From Candidatus Scatosoma sp. (GTDB lineage Bacteria; Bacillota; Clostridia; Christensenellales; Borkfalkiaceae), in contig JAZRQY010000012.1 of the NCBI GenBank assembly GCA_045650185.1, positions 1,026-65,025 on the forward strand: DNA of 64,000 bases, read 5' to 3'. This document shows, piece after piece, positions 61,918-64,000 of this stretch (position 1 is the stretch's first letter; every line of letters begins with the position of its first letter). The position numbers were made by a program, and so were the translations under genes. The notes beneath the pieces were generated by a model. The model was not told where the DNA came from. It worked only from the letters and a program-made list of their open reading frames with translations, and made no database searches.

Positions 61918-64000
61918 TTACAGCTTTGCGATGGCGATAGTAATCTTTGCATCGCCTTCTTCAACCTCTACCACCGTTGCAGGGGTAGCAATCTCTTGCA
62001 CGGAGGAAAGGGTTTCCTTGCATACGGCTTCGAGCCAAGCCGCAGGGTAATCGCCCGATACCGCAATTGCAATCTTGTCCGTGATTTCACAGCCGATTTG
62101 CTTTCTTGCGTCCTGAATACCACGAATCATCTCACGAGCCAAGCCTTCCGCCTTCAATTCCTCGGTGATTGTCAAATCCAAGGATACTACGAGGTCGAAG
62201 TCGCTTGCCACGAACAAGCCGTCTTTCGCGATATAGGTAATCAAGATAATTTCCTTGTCGTACGCCTTAATTTCGCCGTCTACGTTGCATTCTACAACGT
62301 CCGCTTTCATTTCGTACTTACCGCTCTTTACCGCCTTGATAATCTGCCCGATTTCGGTCGGGTACTTTTCACGGATTGCGTTGAAGTTCGGGTCGCGCTT
62401 CATCGTTGCGATGTCGCTGACGCTGGACAGAATTTCAATCTGCTTGATATTCAATTCCTCTTTCAGGATTTCCTCGAACTCACGAATAACCTCTACCTTT
62501 GCGGCATCGGTGGACGCCACGCGAAGAAGGCTGAGCGGTTGACGGTTCTTCACCTTGTTTTTGTTGCGGATATTACGCGCGAGCGCGATAACGCTCTGCA
62601 CCGTGTCAATCTTGCCAAGCAATTCTGCATTCGCGTACGCCTCGGGGATTTCTTCCCAGTCAGCAAGGTGTACGGACAGCTCGCCGGTGAGCAATTTGTA
62701 CATCTTTTCGGATACGATAGGCGCAACGGGCGCAAGCAATTTGGTGATGTTCACCAAAACGTAGTACAGCGTTTCGTAAGCGTTCTTCTTGTCCTCGGTA
62801 AATTCCGCTCCCCAGAAACGACGACGGCTACGACGGATGTACCAGTTGGTCAAACCGTCAAGCAAGGATGCAATCGGGCCGACGAACTCGTCTACCTGAT
62901 AGTTGTCCATGCTGGTGCGGATCGTCTTTTCCGTGTCGTACAGCTTCGCCAAAATCCACTTGTCGAGGAGATTGTCGCTGCTGGGTTTTTTCGCCTCGGT
63001 AGCGTGGAAACCGTCGATATTTGCGTAGGAAATAAAGAAGTTGCAGGCATTCCAGTACGGCAGAATGAACTGCTGATACGCGTCCTGAATGCCCGAATCG
63101 TCAAACAACAAATCGCCGATGAGCATCGCTTTCGTCTGGTACAGGTACAGACGGAAAGCGTCTGTGCCGTACTTTTTCATCAGCTCCATCGGGTCGGTGT
63201 AGTTCTTGGAGGACTTGGACAGCTTCTTGCCGTCCTTTGCCAAAATCGTGCCGTGAACGATACAGTTTTGGAAAGCAGGTCTGTCGAACAGCGCTACCGC
63301 CAAAACGTGCAGGTAGTAGAACCAGCAACGAATCTGCCCCGTGTATTCGACGATGAAGTCGCAGGGGAAGTGGCTTTCAAACCATTCTTTGTTTTCGAAC
63401 GGATAATGCTTTTGCGCAAAGGGTACGCTGCCGCTTTCAAACCAGCAGTCGAGTACCTCAGGCACACGCTTCATCGTGCCGCCGCAATCGGGACAAGCAA
63501 AGGTAATTTCATCCAAGTACTGTCTATGCAGGTTGTCGGGGCGAACGCCGCTTGCCGCCTCGATTTCGTCGATACTGCCAAGCACCTTTTCCTTTCCACA
63601 GCAATCGCATTTCCAGATGGGAATGGGGGTGCTCCAGTAGCGGTTTCTGGAAATGTTCCAGTCGCGTGCGCCCTCCAGCCAGTTGCCGAATCTGCCGTGT
63701 TTCACCGTTTCGGGTACCCAGTTGATACCTTCGTTGAGTTCAATCAATCTGTCCTTAATCTTGCCGACATTGAAGTAGTACGCATCCATCGCCTTGTAGA
63801 TAAGGGGACGCTTACAACGCCAACAATGGGGATAGTTATGTTCAATCGTGCCGTCCGCAACAGCCATGCCGTTGTCGTACATGAAACGAATGATAATCGG
63901 GTTCATTTCGATAACCGTCTTCTCTTCCTGAATGGGATAGAAATCGGTGACCTCTTCGGTAAACTGCCCCTTGTTGTCTACGGGGTTGATGAGGGGAATG
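61918..64000 (-). CDS. ileS: isoleucyl-tRNA synthetase (type 2), N-terminus beyond window edge
   Basis: KLSKSS (KMSKS) loop, Zn-type CWRCKRP/CPDCGG, WFESGS and the anticodon-binding C-terminus. The frame remains open upstream of the track Met (63906) to position 64000. Confidence 0.9.
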   Translation of the reverse strand, partial: IPLINPVDNKGQFTEEVTDFYPIQEEKTVIEMNPIIIRFMYDNGMAVADGTIEHNYPHCWRCKRPLIYKAMDAYYFNVGKIKDRLIELNEGINWVPETVKHGRFGNWLEGARDWNISRNRYWSTPIPIWKCDCCGKEKVLGSIDEIEAASGVRPDNLHRQYLDEITFACPDCGGTMKRVPEVLDCWFESGSVPFAQKHYPFENKEWFESHFPCDFIVEYTGQIRCWFYYLHVLAVALFDRPAFQNCIVHGTILAKDGKKLSKSSKNYTDPMELMKKYGTDAFRLYLYQTKAMLIGDLLFDDSGIQDAYQQFILPYWNACNFFISYANIDGFHATEAKKPSSDNLLDKWILAKLYDTEKTIRTSMDNYQVDEFVGPIASLLDGLTNWYIRRSRRRFWGAEFTEDKKNAYETLYYVLVNITKLLAPVAPIVSEKMYKLLTGELSVHLADWEEIPEAYANAELLGKIDTVQSVIALARNIRNKNKVKNRQPLSLLRVASTDAAKVEVIREFEEILKEELNIKQIEILSSVSDIATMKRDPNFNAIREKYPTEIGQIIKAVKSGKYEMKADVVECNVDGEIKAYDKEIILITYIAKDGLFVASDFDLVVSLDLTITEELKAEGLAREMIRGIQDARKQIGCEITDKIAIAVSGDYPAAWLEAVCKETLSSVQEIATPATVVEVEEGDAKITIAIAKL

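Overview
This 64-kb chromosomal window comes from a moderately GC-rich Firmicutes/Clostridia-type genome. That placement is inferred from gene content only: DUF512-der-plsY, a SpoIIAA/AB-like sigma module, NfnAB, DegV, YfhO and DUF421/DUF4363. Most of the window is minus-strand housekeeping: plsY, der, rluD, lspA, pncB, lgt, tkt, tsaD, prfB, secA, metK, an ABC-F ATPase, nfnAB and a partial ileS. RNA features are a tmRNA, a THF riboswitch, a cobalamin riboswitch and one tRNA with an odd anticodon loop. Three visibly AT-rich accessory segments interrupt the core. (i) Positions 1-4.3 kb, next to the 3' end of ssrA, carry a Dgt-like dGTPase and two mobile-element-like ORFs. (ii) About 39.97-43.0 kb carries an XRE regulator, a Cys-rich protein, a SHOCT membrane protein, an MscS channel and an SGNH hydrolase. 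(iii) A 10.4-kb island (43,024-53,512) is integrated into the 3' half of a tRNA gene. It has a 45-bp direct repeat, a tyrosine integrase and TTGACCTA arm-type repeats at both ends. Its cargo includes a Fic protein, a WYL regulator and a self-promoted, translationally coupled three-gene operon: a radical SAM enzyme, an unknown 229-aa protein and a DUF262/DUF1524 GmrSD-like nuclease. That operon is my best candidate for an undescribed (defence) system. The core intergenic regions also hold two repeat classes I cannot assign to any known family. The first is a set of hairpin arrays: a 7-8-mer repeated about four times, each copy followed by a different small hairpin, then the inverted 7-8-mer about four times. 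Six loci carry one, and one inverted pair brackets 20.5 kb. The second is a ~280-nt element with a conserved interior and a covarying long closing helix, lying just upstream of the RBS of metK and of the sigma-factor operon. All calls come from reading the sequence and the ORF translations. No database search was run.
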